The notes under the pieces: model-generated
The model's input: only the letters and a program-made list of their open reading frames with translations
Told to the model about the DNA's origin: nothing
Databases searched by the model: none
Shown here: positions 17,698 to 27,510 of the stretch, one piece after another
Layout: each line of letters opens with the position of its first letter
Numbering within the stretch: the first letter of the stretch is position 1
Translations under genes and position numbers: made by a program
Virus record (IMG/VR): IMGVR_UViG_3300033067_000034
Coordinates: 1-37,125 of that record
Strand: one strand, 5' to 3'
DNA from: a virus
Lineage: Duplodnaviria > Caudoviricetes
DNA: 37,125 nt

Positions 17698-18489
17698 TTA
17701 GCGGGTCATCTGCGCTTGCAGTTTCTTAATCTGACGGGCACGTTCAGCTTCAATCCACTGCGAATCCGTCATGGTCTTGATAGACCGAGGGTCCGTAGTG
17801 TCAAGTGCTGGCGCTCCAGTGGAGCGTGCCGCGACAGGCTTAATCGGTGCAGGTGCGGATGTGGTTCTTTTTACGGGAGGGTCAGCTGCCAGTTTGGCTT
17901 CGATCTTCCCGATTTCTTTCGCCTGTGCGAGTGGTGACATGCGTGAGATACGTTCTGCATCTTTGGGGTTGGAGCCGAGGTAGTAAGCCAACTCGGGGCC
18001 AATGTCCGAAGACTGGATCGTTTCGGCCATCACGTTCGTGATTGGGAGCTTGGGGTTGTAGGCGACTTGCTCGAAGTCATCATACTTGTCCCGTGCTGCT
18101 TCTTCACGTTCCTGATAGCTTTCAAGGACGGCAGACTGCTGCTTGGCGGCTTCACGCTTGGCGATCAGTTCTTCGGCTTTCTGATATGCCAGTGCTTCCG
18201 CATAGGCTTCAGGGCTTTCAAACTGGTCAGCGGTAGTTGCCGAAGGAGCTTTTACGATTTGCGTTTCCGCAGCTCGCTGTTGCTGTTCCCGTTCCCACTT
18301 ACGTTGCTCTCTTGCGAGGCGCTTGCCGATCATCGCATCGATTTCAGCCTGGGAGTATTTCTTCTCCTCGACTTGTTCGTTTTGAGTCTCGACGACTTCC
18401 GGCGCGTTTTCAGCATTCTCAGGAGTGGCCGTCACTTCTGGTGCAGGCGCGGAGTCAACTTCCGCTAAGGATTGGACTTCTTCAGTCAT
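17698..18489 (-). CDS. Scaffolding protein
   Basis: Acidic N-terminus, coiled coils, GPELAYYLGSNP…AKEIGKIEAKL; directly upstream of coat. Confidence 0.8.
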   Translation of the reverse strand: MTEEVQSLAEVDSAPAPEVTATPENAENAPEVVETQNEQVEEKKYSQAEIDAMIGKRLAREQRKWEREQQQRAAETQIVKAPSATTADQFESPEAYAEALAYQKAEELIAKREAAKQQSAVLESYQEREEAARDKYDDFEQVAYNPKLPITNVMAETIQSSDIGPELAYYLGSNPKDAERISRMSPLAQAKEIGKIEAKLAADPPVKRTTSAPAPIKPVAARSTGAPALDTTDPRSIKTMTDSQWIEAERARQIKKLQAQMTR

Positions 18490-18537
18490 TTAAATGAACC
18501 TTTCGATTCCCCGGTCTACTGGGCCGGTACAGTCCTT

Positions 18538-18566
18538 AGATTATGCGCTAAGAAATCGCTTGTCAA
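18538..18566 (-). promoter_or_regulatory. Sigma70-like promoter for scaffold/coat
   Basis: TTGACA (18566-18561), 17-bp spacer, TAATCT (18543-18538). Confidence 0.65.
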
Positions 18567-18572
18567 GATGGG

Positions 18573-19832
18573 TTATTTGGAAAACGCTTGCGCTTCTGCG
18601 TCAGTGATTCGCTGAGGCCAATATCTAACAGATTGAAGCCAGCCATCTAAATAATTTGTACCATCGCAACCAAGTCGAGCTTGAGTAACAGTTGGCATTG
18701 TGGCCGTGGTATCTGTAACAGCAGCACCCCCATTTACTGCGGCAGCGCAACTATTTGTAGCCCATGCGCCTGTCAAGTTGTACGCAGTGTTTGCTGCAAT
18801 CGTACCTGCGTCAATTTGTGCTTGCGCCACACCGCCATCAACAATATACAACTCAGGGTTTGTCGTATTTCCGCGCAAAACAATCAGTTCGTTGGCGGTT
18901 GTGTCATCAAATTGAATTGACGGTCTTGTGCCTGAAACGGTGGAAGGAACTGCGCGAACAGACAAACCGCCAACTCCTGCACTGTACCAATTGCTGAAGT
19001 TTGATCCCGTCATCGTAGCCACATCAGCATTGCGGGTCAAAGATGCGCTGGTCGTGGGAATGTAGCTGGTGGCAAACGCTCCAGCTTCCACTTGAGCACC
19101 CCAAGGATAACCATAGGTGACACCCGCAGTGCAGCTTACGTTTCCATCTGCTGGACACGATGGGAAAACTGTGGCTTTAGCCGTTGTTCCGGTAGTTGAA
19201 ACAGTCAAAACCACTCGATACCAACCATTAGCATAGGCAGAAACAGACGCGCTGACTTTTGCCCATCCCGTACCAAAAACGCTACTTGAACCAAGAACTC
19301 CAGTATTGATGTTTACGTATTGACGAACACCATTTGATACAGCCCCATCTGAAACAATCAACAAGGCAAAATTATCGTAGCCTTTTTTTAAAAAAATAGA
19401 TGCCGTAGTTGTTGCGCCGCTGCCGATAGTGCATTGCGGCCCTGAAGCGTTCATGCCACCGCCGGTGGTGTCACAATCTAATCTAGGTGCAGTTGTTGTT
19501 CCTAAAGGTGATGTAATAGAGTTGTCGGTAATAGTGCAACGCACCCTTGACCAATTAGCGTTGGTTATTGTGCTGTACGTTTGCAGATTAGCGCGTGATT
19601 CTTCAATCAACAAACCCTTGCAAGTTAGCGCGACAGGATCGTAATCAAATCTCGGTTGATTGTCTGAAGCAGACGCAATCACACCCGAGCTATTGACATA
19701 AGTGGCCGGATGCGTTGCGTCAGTTGTGCGAGCAAAGGTAACGCGAGAATCAAGACTTGCCGTAGTGAAATCAAGGGCAAGTTTTGGAAGGATGCGTTCT
19801 GTTGCGGTAACTGAAAAAGCTGGCGTGATCAT
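18573..19832 (-). CDS. Virion carbohydrate-binding/LamG-like fibre protein
   Basis: LDF…RFDYDP…GLLIEESRAN…WGAQVEAGAFATSYIPT…TRNAD; C-terminal YLDGWLQSVRYWPQRIT. Confidence 0.65.
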   Translation of the reverse strand: MITPAFSVTATERILPKLALDFTTASLDSRVTFARTTDATHPATYVNSSGVIASASDNQPRFDYDPVALTCKGLLIEESRANLQTYSTITNANWSRVRCTITDNSITSPLGTTTAPRLDCDTTGGGMNASGPQCTIGSGATTTASIFLKKGYDNFALLIVSDGAVSNGVRQYVNINTGVLGSSSVFGTGWAKVSASVSAYANGWYRVVLTVSTTGTTAKATVFPSCPADGNVSCTAGVTYGYPWGAQVEAGAFATSYIPTTSASLTRNADVATMTGSNFSNWYSAGVGGLSVRAVPSTVSGTRPSIQFDDTTANELIVLRGNTTNPELYIVDGGVAQAQIDAGTIAANTAYNLTGAWATNSCAAAVNGGAAVTDTTATMPTVTQARLGCDGTNYLDGWLQSVRYWPQRITDAEAQAFSK

Positions 19833-19841
19833 TTCAATTCC

Positions 19842-21962
19842 TTAAGTGGTCAAATACCAACCCTGTGGAGTAGAAAGCAAAACCGCCGTCCAACCCGATC
19901 CAGTCAAATTCACATTTGCACCTGTGGAAGTAATGATGCGAGTTGTTGTTGTTTCCCCGCCATCATTGTAAACAAACGTGACGTTTGATCCAACGCTGTT
20001 TGAAGTCAATCGAACAGTCGTGTTTTGAGTGCCGTTCAAAACACCAGTGATGGATTTAGTCAAAACAGGAACGGTGTACAAAGTACGTTTGTCTGCATCC
20101 AGTTGCGATGTTGACACATTGGTCAAGTCTTCGATCAAAGTGTCAGGTTGACCAGACAGACCGTAATAGGCATATCCAGTTTTAACCAAACCTTGGTCAG
20201 GCGGGAAATTGTTTGCGCCAAGAGTTTCAGCACTTAATTCCAACGGAGGAGTGCTACCAGTGTCAGAAAATAAACATTTATCAATGGTGTTTAACACGCA
20301 GCCGGAATCAACCACGATGTATGCAACGTCTGTCGCAAGGCCAGAAAAGTAACAGTTTTTGAATTCGTTGTAAATTGCACTTGATTCCAATTTCACAGGA
20401 TTCAAAGTTCCGTCTTGATCCAAAAACTTGCAATGGTCAAACACAACACCACGAATGGTGGTCAATCGCACATCACGTGAGTTGTTCTTAAACACGCAAT
20501 CATTGAACCGCAGCGAATACAAAGATGTGTAGCTTGGGTTGACAGAAGGGCCAGCGCGAACACCAAAATATGAGTCCTGGAACAGGCACGAGTTAAACAC
20601 CGTGCTGCCCTGCGATCCATAGAAGCGGAACACCGCGCTGTCAGTTTCCTTGTTGTTTTGAAACTGGCAGTTGTTGAACGTAAACAAGTGATCTTGGTTT
20701 GTCCAAGATGGCAATGGCACACCAGTAGAGCCATTTTTGTCAGGTGAAAGAACTTGAACAACGTAATTGATTACGCCAGTCAAAAAGCTCGCGCCAGCAT
20801 AGTGTGTGCAGTTTTCAAACACCACGTTCTCAGACACGCGTTGAATGCTGGTGTCGCCAGTCCATGCGTAAATAAAACTCTTGACGTTTTCACCGTAGCA
20901 ATTCAAAAACTTGATGTTGTACGCGCCAGCAACTCGCAGGAAACCGACTGACGTAGCGTTGTCGTATCCGTTGAAATGATCCACTGTGACGTTGTACGGA
21001 TACATTCCGTAGTTGTCAGGCGGATTCGGGCCAGTGGCTGCTTCACCATATTCGACATTAATACCGTAATCGCAGTCGCCCTGAATGTCGATGTTGCGCA
21101 CGACAAGATCGTAAGCGTTGCCAACGATAGCTACAAACAGCGTGTAGTCAGCGCAGTTGCTGGCCTGAATGTTGGTAATTTCAATATCGTGAGTTGGGCC
21201 GCTACCTGTCGTGCTGTTGTCACCAATCCAGATGATGCCGGTAGGTACAGAACTGCTGACAGTAGCTCGAGTTGGCGTGGACTCATACATCAAGTTTTTG
21301 ATCTTGATGTTGTTTACACCGTACATGTAAAACAATGGTTTTGCACGACTCGCTTGTGCCGGTGGTCGATACGTTTGCACATCATCAATGATGGTCGCAC
21401 CTTGCCAGTCGATGGTGATATTGCTTGGAATGGTCAGTTGATCTTGAATGAGATACGTTTGACCTTTCACACCAAGAAGCGTTCTGCCTTCACCTGCGTC
21501 AATAGCTGCTTGAATTGCAGCAGTGTCGTCAGTTACGCCATCACCAGCAGCACCAAAATCTTTGACGCTGATAATTCGGCTGTTGTATTCTTCCTGATTT
21601 GTGGCAACACCGCCCGTAAATGGCGGATCGTATTGCACATTTTCAGCGTTAACCGCAATACCTGTACCGTTAATGCCAGTGATGTTGTCCCATGTCGCCA
21701 ATGTCACATCTGCGCTGGTTTTAAGGACAAATTTGTAATTTGAGCCAGCAGTCAGCCAAATTTCACCAGTGGATACACGCCCAGCAGAATCCAAAACAAT
21801 CGGGTTTGCGTGTGCAACATTACCCGCAGCGGTGGTGTATGTCGCTTGTGGGGTTGTGGTACCAGCTTCGTAAGAATACAGTTTTCCGCCTGATAACGGT
21901 ACGCCGTTGTTGTCAAAAAATTGCTGACCAGCACCAGCCAATGCAGAAAGGTTGACCGTCAT
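19842..21962 (-). CDS. Tailspike/receptor-binding protein with beta-helix (pectate-lyase-3-like)
   Basis: N-terminal QFFDNNGVPLSGGKLYSYEAGTTTP…NPIVLDSAGR anchor; SVKDFGAAGDGVTDDTAAIQAAI; repeated F.NC.F beta-helix rungs. Confidence 0.85.
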   Translation of the reverse strand: MTVNLSALAGAGQQFFDNNGVPLSGGKLYSYEAGTTTPQATYTTAAGNVAHANPIVLDSAGRVSTGEIWLTAGSNYKFVLKTSADVTLATWDNITGINGTGIAVNAENVQYDPPFTGGVATNQEEYNSRIISVKDFGAAGDGVTDDTAAIQAAIDAGEGRTLLGVKGQTYLIQDQLTIPSNITIDWQGATIIDDVQTYRPPAQASRAKPLFYMYGVNNIKIKNLMYESTPTRATVSSSVPTGIIWIGDNSTTGSGPTHDIEITNIQASNCADYTLFVAIVGNAYDLVVRNIDIQGDCDYGINVEYGEAATGPNPPDNYGMYPYNVTVDHFNGYDNATSVGFLRVAGAYNIKFLNCYGENVKSFIYAWTGDTSIQRVSENVVFENCTHYAGASFLTGVINYVVQVLSPDKNGSTGVPLPSWTNQDHLFTFNNCQFQNNKETDSAVFRFYGSQGSTVFNSCLFQDSYFGVRAGPSVNPSYTSLYSLRFNDCVFKNNSRDVRLTTIRGVVFDHCKFLDQDGTLNPVKLESSAIYNEFKNCYFSGLATDVAYIVVDSGCVLNTIDKCLFSDTGSTPPLELSAETLGANNFPPDQGLVKTGYAYYGLSGQPDTLIEDLTNVSTSQLDADKRTLYTVPVLTKSITGVLNGTQNTTVRLTSNSVGSNVTFVYNDGGETTTTRIITSTGANVNLTGSGWTAVLLSTPQGWYLTT

Positions 21963-21963
21963 A

Positions 21964-22377
21964 TTAGACTCCCAGGTTGCCAGCAGCCACGAATGTGTTT
22001 GCGACAGGTGCGATCAGTGAGATCACGGCATATTGACCCATTGTGCTAAACAGGCTGGAGTACGACACCAGCGTAGCGGCACCCGCAGCCACAGTCACTT
22101 TGCCTGCGCCGCCTTGGATGATCGTGCAGTTGAAACCAGCACCCAATCCGGTAGCACAAGTGATCGTCACTGCGCTTGCAGAAGTGCAATAAATAATCTG
22201 GGCATTGTCAGTTGCGGTCAGCGTGCGACTGGTGCCGGACTCGGTGATGATCATGCCGGTCATGATCTGGCTGACGCTGACCTTTTCCGTTGCACCGCTT
22301 TTGACAACTGGCAAAACCTCAACGCCTGTTAGCGGAGGTGTGATTGCGGTCAGTTGGGAAATTTTCTTATCAGCCAT
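21964..22377 (-). CDS. Small tail-fibre-like structural protein
   Basis: MADKKISQL N-terminus; GFNCTIIQGGAGKVTVAAG…VAAGNL. Confidence 0.6.
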   Translation of the reverse strand: MADKKISQLTAITPPLTGVEVLPVVKSGATEKVSVSQIMTGMIITESGTSRTLTATDNAQIIYCTSASAVTITCATGLGAGFNCTIIQGGAGKVTVAAGAATLVSYSSLFSTMGQYAVISLIAPVANTFVAAGNLGV

Positions 22378-22380
22378 TTT

Positions 22381-22542
22381 TTACTCCAAGAGAATCAGAC
22401 CACCGTCCTCTTGGACGAGGTTGTCGCCATTTTCGCACAGCAGGTTGCTCTGAGCCTGTTCATCGGCGCGGCCAGAAAACAGCGAAGCAATCCCGCCCAA
22501 ACCAAGAGCGAGGCTGTTGCGAAGGGCTACACCGAAGCTCAT
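22381..22542 (-). CDS. Small virion protein (53 aa)
   Basis: ATGA overlap at 22542; ends LLCENGDNLVQEDGGLILLE, a common phage structural motif. Confidence 0.6.
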   Translation of the reverse strand: MSFGVALRNSLALGLGGIASLFSGRADEQAQSNLLCENGDNLVQEDGGLILLE

Positions 22543-22841
22543 TGCTTGTTGATTGGTTTGCAATACACAGTGCCGCCAGTGGACACTTGGATCGCACTCA
22601 CGCGCCATGTACCGCTGACGGTGATTGGCACTGCAAATGGGATGGGGGTGTATGCAGGAATGGGGGTGCTGGCAGTTGTGGCCACAGCACCTTCACCGAC
22701 TTCCACGTAGCAGGGCTGGTCAGACCAAACCACCACGCCTTGAGGACCGGCGTTCCAAGTAGAAGTGTTGCCAGCAGTGCCGGTATACGCCACAGAGTAG
22801 GCGGGGAAATCAGCTTTGCTGAGAGGTTTCAAGAGTTCCAT
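22539..22841 (-). CDS. Hypothetical beta-rich structural protein
   Basis: AAGGAG RBS; fits the operon. Confidence 0.65.
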   Translation of the reverse strand: MELLKPLSKADFPAYSVAYTGTAGNTSTWNAGPQGVVVWSDQPCYVEVGEGAVATTASTPIPAYTPIPFAVPITVSGTWRVSAIQVSTGGTVYCKPINKQ

Positions 22842-22850
22842 GATGGCTCC

Positions 22851-23213
22851 TTATGCGAGGAATTGTAGCTTGTACAGGGTAGAAAGGTAAAGCCCAACGA
22901 TTTCGTCAATGATGTTTTGCATAGCAGTGTCAGACTTGTCACAGACCTCGTACCGGCAATCCTCAATGTCCTTGAGCGAATCTTTCAAAAACTCGATGAT
23001 GTTGCCAGTTTTCTTGGCAGACATCAAGCTCACTGGGCCGATCAGCCCGTGACGGCCTTGGTAGGCTTCGGCAAACTTGTCGGCCAAATCAACCACCTCG
23101 TCATAAAACGAGTTGAGCGCCATGTGCTTGGAGAAGCTGCGGGTGTTCAGATGCACGGAGTGCGCGACATCTCGCGCCAAGAACAGTGTGCCTACAAAAT
23201 CAGCGGCTTTCAT
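22851..23213 (-). CDS. Ferritin/Dps-like four-helix protein (DUF5856-like)
   Basis: HSVHLNT…HMALNSFYD…DKFAEAYQG…NIIDEI…LYKL. Confidence 0.7.
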   Translation of the reverse strand: MKAADFVGTLFLARDVAHSVHLNTRSFSKHMALNSFYDEVVDLADKFAEAYQGRHGLIGPVSLMSAKKTGNIIEFLKDSLKDIEDCRYEVCDKSDTAMQNIIDEIVGLYLSTLYKLQFLA

Positions 23214-25390
23214 TGCTGCATTCCTTCCATTGGTTGCTCAGGTGGCATTTCTTCAAATTCCAGCGGTTGACGTTCTTCGTCAATCCCCATCACCAGATCA
23301 TTGCTCTCCATTGCAGCGGCCACAACACCCATTGCGATGTCTTGGATTTGCTGCTCGGTCATACCGGCCTGAACTGCGGCGATCCGTTGTGTCTCAGCTT
23401 GGTATGCCTTGACTTCTGCCTCAAAGTCCTTGCGCTCCAGATCCCGCATTTCGATGGACTTGCCCACGTTTTGAATCATCTGGTGCATGTTTTCCATCTC
23501 TGCACCCATCGCTTGGATCTGCTGTTCGGCAGCTTGCAGGGCTGGAGACTTATCGTCGTCAGACAGAATTTTCGGATCGATGGTCTTGGCGAACCGCTTG
23601 GACATCTCCTGAGCGCCTGGCCAATCCATGTTCTTGACGAACAAGTCACCTGCCACTTGCCACAGCTGCGGGTTGCCTTGCAACAACTGAGCCATTGCTT
23701 CCAGAGCCTCTTGGCGCTTGGTAGCGTAACCTGGACCAGTGACAGCCACTACGTCGTACTTGCCGACGCCGGGGTTGTAGATCTTCTCGATCACGATGCC
23801 CTGCTCGTCACGAATCTCGTTGACTGGTTGAGGCTGGTCAGGATTGATCTTGACCATCTTTGTCTCACCATCTTCGCCAATGATTCGAGCGATACGTTGG
23901 GTATCGTAAATCTTGGGAATCAGGTCGATCAGTTGACGGGCAATGTGACGCACACCACGGGCCAAGTTGTCGCCGTAGTGGTACGTGCCCACGTCGCCTT
24001 CACGCTGGCGGGCCAAAATGGCTTTGCCGGACCGCTCATTGGAGCCCATGCCCAGCGATGCGTTGTACTGACCGGTGGTTGCTTTGATGTCTTCAGCAGC
24101 GCCCGATTTGGCTTGCAGAAGGCCGCTGGAGGCCATTGGAGGCTGCGCACGCTGTGGCAGGGGCAACACGCTGCCTTGGCCGTCTGTGACGTCAGGATTA
24201 ACCTCCAGATAGGGCCAGTTGTTCGTGTTGGCGGTTTTCCACTTGTCCTCGTAACCCTCAAACTGCCCACCGTAACCGATAAACGGCGCTTTAGGGGCCA
24301 AAGCCAGCATCTCGGCTTCTTGCGAAACCCAGTAGTTGTACATGCGCTGGGCATCTTTGGCGTTACGCACCAAGCCCGACACATACAAACGGCCATCAAC
24401 CTCGAACTCGTTGCCGACAATACGGATCACGGGAATCCATTTGCCTGCCCACTCGCGTTCCTCGAGGATTTCGTAACCGTTGATCTTGCAATACTTGACC
24501 TTCGGACGCTCGGACACACGGTTGCGCTTGGGTTTGCCGTACACAGCACGCAGTTCTTTGTCCTCGGGCGTGCCTTCAAAGGCTGTCGCGTTGCCAGGGT
24601 ACAAGTTCAGCGTGGCTTTGTCGTAGTCGATGTAGTAGTAGTCCGCGATGCGAACGGTGTCTTCGTTTAGCCAGTTGCTGATCGACTGATCACCCACACC
24701 CAGCGACTGAAGGGTCGAGATGGGCGCTGCATCGGGGTACATACGCTCATATTCAGCCTTGGTCACGTCCTCGGTGATAAAACACCACTTGGCGTCTGCG
24801 CCAGTGGGGTCTTGGATCAACGGGTCCATGTAAACCGAGAAGCTGTTGCGGATACGACCAATCTTGATGTCCTGATCGAACGTGTTGTCGTCGCAATACT
24901 CGGTCAGCAGGCGAATGTAGCCCTCGCCGTAGGCCACTTGGTTCTCGCAGGCGGTGTCATAGGCCACGTCAGCATCCGAGATGTACTCAATGTGACGGAT
25001 CATGCCGTTGAACACCTCGGCCACCTGCACATCAGCGTTGTCATCCACAGGGATAACCTTGGCACCGGGCCGATTTTGACGCTGGTCGTTGGTGACTTGA
25101 CGAACGTGCTGAGGCAGCTTGTTGATCGTCAGGGTGGGGCGGGCGTTGATGGTCTGGCCCTGAACCGCACCACGGGTTGCCAGCACGTCGGCTGGCCACT
25201 GCCAATGGTTGTCGGGCGAACCGGCGTAGAACCGCAGATCGTCGATCTCGTCTTCACGGGATTCGGCAAGCGCCGAAACCGCCATATCAAGGCGGGCACG
25301 GGCGACGGTCAGAATGTCTGAGTCGGATTTCAGGGGTTTGCCACCGGCTGCTACGTTCGCCGCAGCAACCATGCCAGTTGGGTCAGCCAT
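23210..25390 (-). CDS. Portal protein (P22-like)
   Basis: DLRFYAG…QW, RPTLTINKL, GLVRNAKDAQRMYNY, SGKAILARQ, YDVVAVTGPGYATKRQEA; 726 aa. Confidence 0.92.
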   Translation of the reverse strand: MADPTGMVAAANVAAGGKPLKSDSDILTVARARLDMAVSALAESREDEIDDLRFYAGSPDNHWQWPADVLATRGAVQGQTINARPTLTINKLPQHVRQVTNDQRQNRPGAKVIPVDDNADVQVAEVFNGMIRHIEYISDADVAYDTACENQVAYGEGYIRLLTEYCDDNTFDQDIKIGRIRNSFSVYMDPLIQDPTGADAKWCFITEDVTKAEYERMYPDAAPISTLQSLGVGDQSISNWLNEDTVRIADYYYIDYDKATLNLYPGNATAFEGTPEDKELRAVYGKPKRNRVSERPKVKYCKINGYEILEEREWAGKWIPVIRIVGNEFEVDGRLYVSGLVRNAKDAQRMYNYWVSQEAEMLALAPKAPFIGYGGQFEGYEDKWKTANTNNWPYLEVNPDVTDGQGSVLPLPQRAQPPMASSGLLQAKSGAAEDIKATTGQYNASLGMGSNERSGKAILARQREGDVGTYHYGDNLARGVRHIARQLIDLIPKIYDTQRIARIIGEDGETKMVKINPDQPQPVNEIRDEQGIVIEKIYNPGVGKYDVVAVTGPGYATKRQEALEAMAQLLQGNPQLWQVAGDLFVKNMDWPGAQEMSKRFAKTIDPKILSDDDKSPALQAAEQQIQAMGAEMENMHQMIQNVGKSIEMRDLERKDFEAEVKAYQAETQRIAAVQAGMTEQQIQDIAMGVVAAAMESNDLVMGIDEERQPLEFEEMPPEQPMEGMQQ

Positions 25391-25625
25391 TCAAGACTCC
25401 TAGTACGTGAGGCTCGCGCATGACGACATAGTCCTTGCCTTCATGCTTAAATTCTTGCCCTACGCCGAAATACAGATGGTCACCGACCTTCAGCTCTTTG
25501 CAGTCAGGGCCTGCGGACACGACTATACCCGTTTCCTGCTTTTCTGTCGAAAGTAGCTCAAACATCGCATGTTTTTCGACATCGCGCTCAATAATGAGGC
25601 AGTTTTGCATGGCTTTCAGGGTCAT
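25383..25625 (-). CDS. groES: GroES-like co-chaperonin
   Basis: LKAMQNCLIIE…GIVVSAGPD..ELKVGD.LYF…EGKDYVVMREPHVLGV. Confidence 0.75.
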   Translation of the reverse strand: MTLKAMQNCLIIERDVEKHAMFELLSTEKQETGIVVSAGPDCKELKVGDHLYFGVGQEFKHEGKDYVVMREPHVLGVLNG

Positions 25626-25762
25626 TTTTTGGACTTCATCGGGGCTTTTGTCGGAGCCTTTTTAGGTGTAATCGTGGCACCTTTCGGGTACATACGCTCC
25701 ATTTCCTTTACGAAGGCTTTGGACGGCTTGGGCGGCTTAGCAGGTGTGGATTTGGATTTCAT
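25622..25762 (-). CDS. Lys/Pro-rich 46-aa protein (not in ORF track)
   Basis: MKSKSTPAKPPKPSKAFVKEMERMYPKGATITPKKAPTKAPMKSKK; ATGA overlaps on both sides. Confidence 0.65.
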   Translation of the reverse strand: MKSKSTPAKPPKPSKAFVKEMERMYPKGATITPKKAPTKAPMKSKK

Positions 25763-25911
25763 TTTTTACCTTTCGGGGTGGATTTTTTGGCAGCTTCACG
25801 CTTGACGGAATAGGCGGTGGCCACGGCCTGTTTGACCGGTTTTCCGGCTTTCACCTCGGCTTTGACGTTGGCGCGGAAGGCCGCAGGTGATGCAGATTTT
25901 TTCAGTGGCAT
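25759..25911 (-). CDS. Basic 50-aa protein
   Basis: MPLKKSASPAAFRANVKAEVKAGKPVKQAVATAYSVKR…; starts 1 nt after the TerL stop. Confidence 0.7.
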   Translation of the reverse strand: MPLKKSASPAAFRANVKAEVKAGKPVKQAVATAYSVKREAAKKSTPKGKK

Positions 25912-25912
25912 T

Positions 25913-27445
25913 TTATGACCCCATCCATCCAGTTGATGCCGCGCTGCGGTCATATGTGACCTTGCGCGTTGTGTTACGAGAATTGTACTCCCCACGGCTG
26001 GCCACGGGGAATGCAAACGTCACGGCCAGTGCGTCAGCCGCATCAGGAGAGGCCAGCCCACGGGCTTTCATCTCCTTTTTCCCTTCCAAAAAGATCGTCC
26101 CAGCCGAGTTGGGCTTCTTCATAGGGCCGACCAGGTCGTTTCGCAGGGATCTGTCGTTGGGAATCGATGCAGTCCTGAGCCAGTCGCGCATCGCACCCCA
26201 AATCTCGGCCCTTTTGTTGCCCCACATCACGGGGTTTTTCGCCTTCCATGCAAAGTTGACCCCGCGCACTTTGTAACGCTGCTCGGTCAATCTGTCAAGA
26301 ATCCCATACCCGAGACCACCTTCGTCGATCACGGTCAGCGCAGGCTTGTATTCCTCGATGGCGTCGATGACGTGCCCCACGACGCTCATGGTGTCCTCAC
26401 CCTTGAGGCGTTTGATGGCCACAATGTCACGCCCTTGGCGCACGAGGATCACCGTGCTGTCCATGCCACCACGGGCCGGGTCCACGCCGATCACGATTGG
26501 AGCCGTGGCGTCCTTATATGGAGGCCGTTTCATGGCGTCCTCGACCACCACGGGCGAGATGAACTGGTCTTCACCGGCTGCGGGGAACTCGCCGTAGACC
26601 TCGACACGGGCCTGGATCGAGTCTTCACCGTATTCAGCGATGATCTGGTCGTAGACGGCCTTGTCGGTGCCCTCGACTGTGCGGGCATCAATGATCTGCC
26701 CTTTCCAAAAGTCCCGTTTACCGTGGAAAGTCTCGAAAAAGTACCCCGTGTTACGCCGTGGGTTACTGAACGCGAACCAGTAGCGATCCAGGATCTTCTC
26801 CGTAAAGAAGCCCGCAGCCACTGACCAAATGCCGTCCGGGATACCACTGGCTTCGTCAAAGATCACCATCATGCCGTCGTGGTTGTGCACACCGGCATAG
26901 CTGTCCGGGTTCTCCTCGCTCCACAGCTTCCCCTCAGCAGACCAGTAACGGGTGCCCTTCTTCAGATCCCGCTCGACCAGCTCGGTCAGCCACTGCGCAG
27001 GGGTCAGCTTCGTGGCCGACGGCTCCCACCAGTGTGAGTTGATGGCCATCGTGGCCCACTTAGTCAGTTCGCCCCAGGTGACGGTGCGCAGCTGGTTCTC
27101 GCTGTTAGCCGACACGATGACTGAGCTGCCGATCCGGGTGGACAGCATCCACAGGATGAGCCAGCTCACCAGTGCGCTCTTACCGATACCCCGGCCCGAA
27201 GACACCGCGACGCGCAGTGCGTCCATGTCGAGTTGGCCTTGGTTCTGCTTGATGTGCGCCGTGATCTCACGCAGCACCCTGCGCTGCCACGCACGGGGTC
27301 CACTGAACTTCTCCAGTGGTGTGTTCTTCTGCCCCCACGGGAACGCAAACAGGACGAAGGTCTCTGGGTTGTCCTTGATCTGGGGCGACCACAGCTGGGT
27401 CATGAGCGTTTGCTCGTCTTCTGGGCTGTACCGGGGTTTTTGCAT
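25913..27445 (-). CDS. terL: Terminase large subunit
   Basis: PRAWQ, Walker A SGRGIGKS, Walker B VIFDEA, SNP, nuclease GVDPAR…SPDAADAL. Confidence 0.95.
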   Translation of the reverse strand: MQKPRYSPEDEQTLMTQLWSPQIKDNPETFVLFAFPWGQKNTPLEKFSGPRAWQRRVLREITAHIKQNQGQLDMDALRVAVSSGRGIGKSALVSWLILWMLSTRIGSSVIVSANSENQLRTVTWGELTKWATMAINSHWWEPSATKLTPAQWLTELVERDLKKGTRYWSAEGKLWSEENPDSYAGVHNHDGMMVIFDEASGIPDGIWSVAAGFFTEKILDRYWFAFSNPRRNTGYFFETFHGKRDFWKGQIIDARTVEGTDKAVYDQIIAEYGEDSIQARVEVYGEFPAAGEDQFISPVVVEDAMKRPPYKDATAPIVIGVDPARGGMDSTVILVRQGRDIVAIKRLKGEDTMSVVGHVIDAIEEYKPALTVIDEGGLGYGILDRLTEQRYKVRGVNFAWKAKNPVMWGNKRAEIWGAMRDWLRTASIPNDRSLRNDLVGPMKKPNSAGTIFLEGKKEMKARGLASPDAADALAVTFAFPVASRGEYNSRNTTRKVTYDRSAASTGWMGS

Positions 27446-27510
27446 TACCAGAACCTTTCAGCCACGTAGGCCACAAACAGCACGATGGCCGCGCCAATGA
27501 TTACGGTCAT
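27445..27510 (-). CDS. 21-aa hydrophobic peptide (not in ORF track)
   Basis: MTVIIGAAIVLFVAYVAERFW; ATGA overlap upstream, TAATG overlap with TerL. Confidence 0.5.
   Translation of the reverse strand: MTVIIGAAIVLFVAYVAERFW

Noticed and set aside
16441-17937. 498-aa plus-strand ORF
   Set aside because: Antisense shadow of the coat and scaffold genes.
23186-24670. 494-aa plus-strand ORF
   Set aside because: Antisense shadow of the portal gene.
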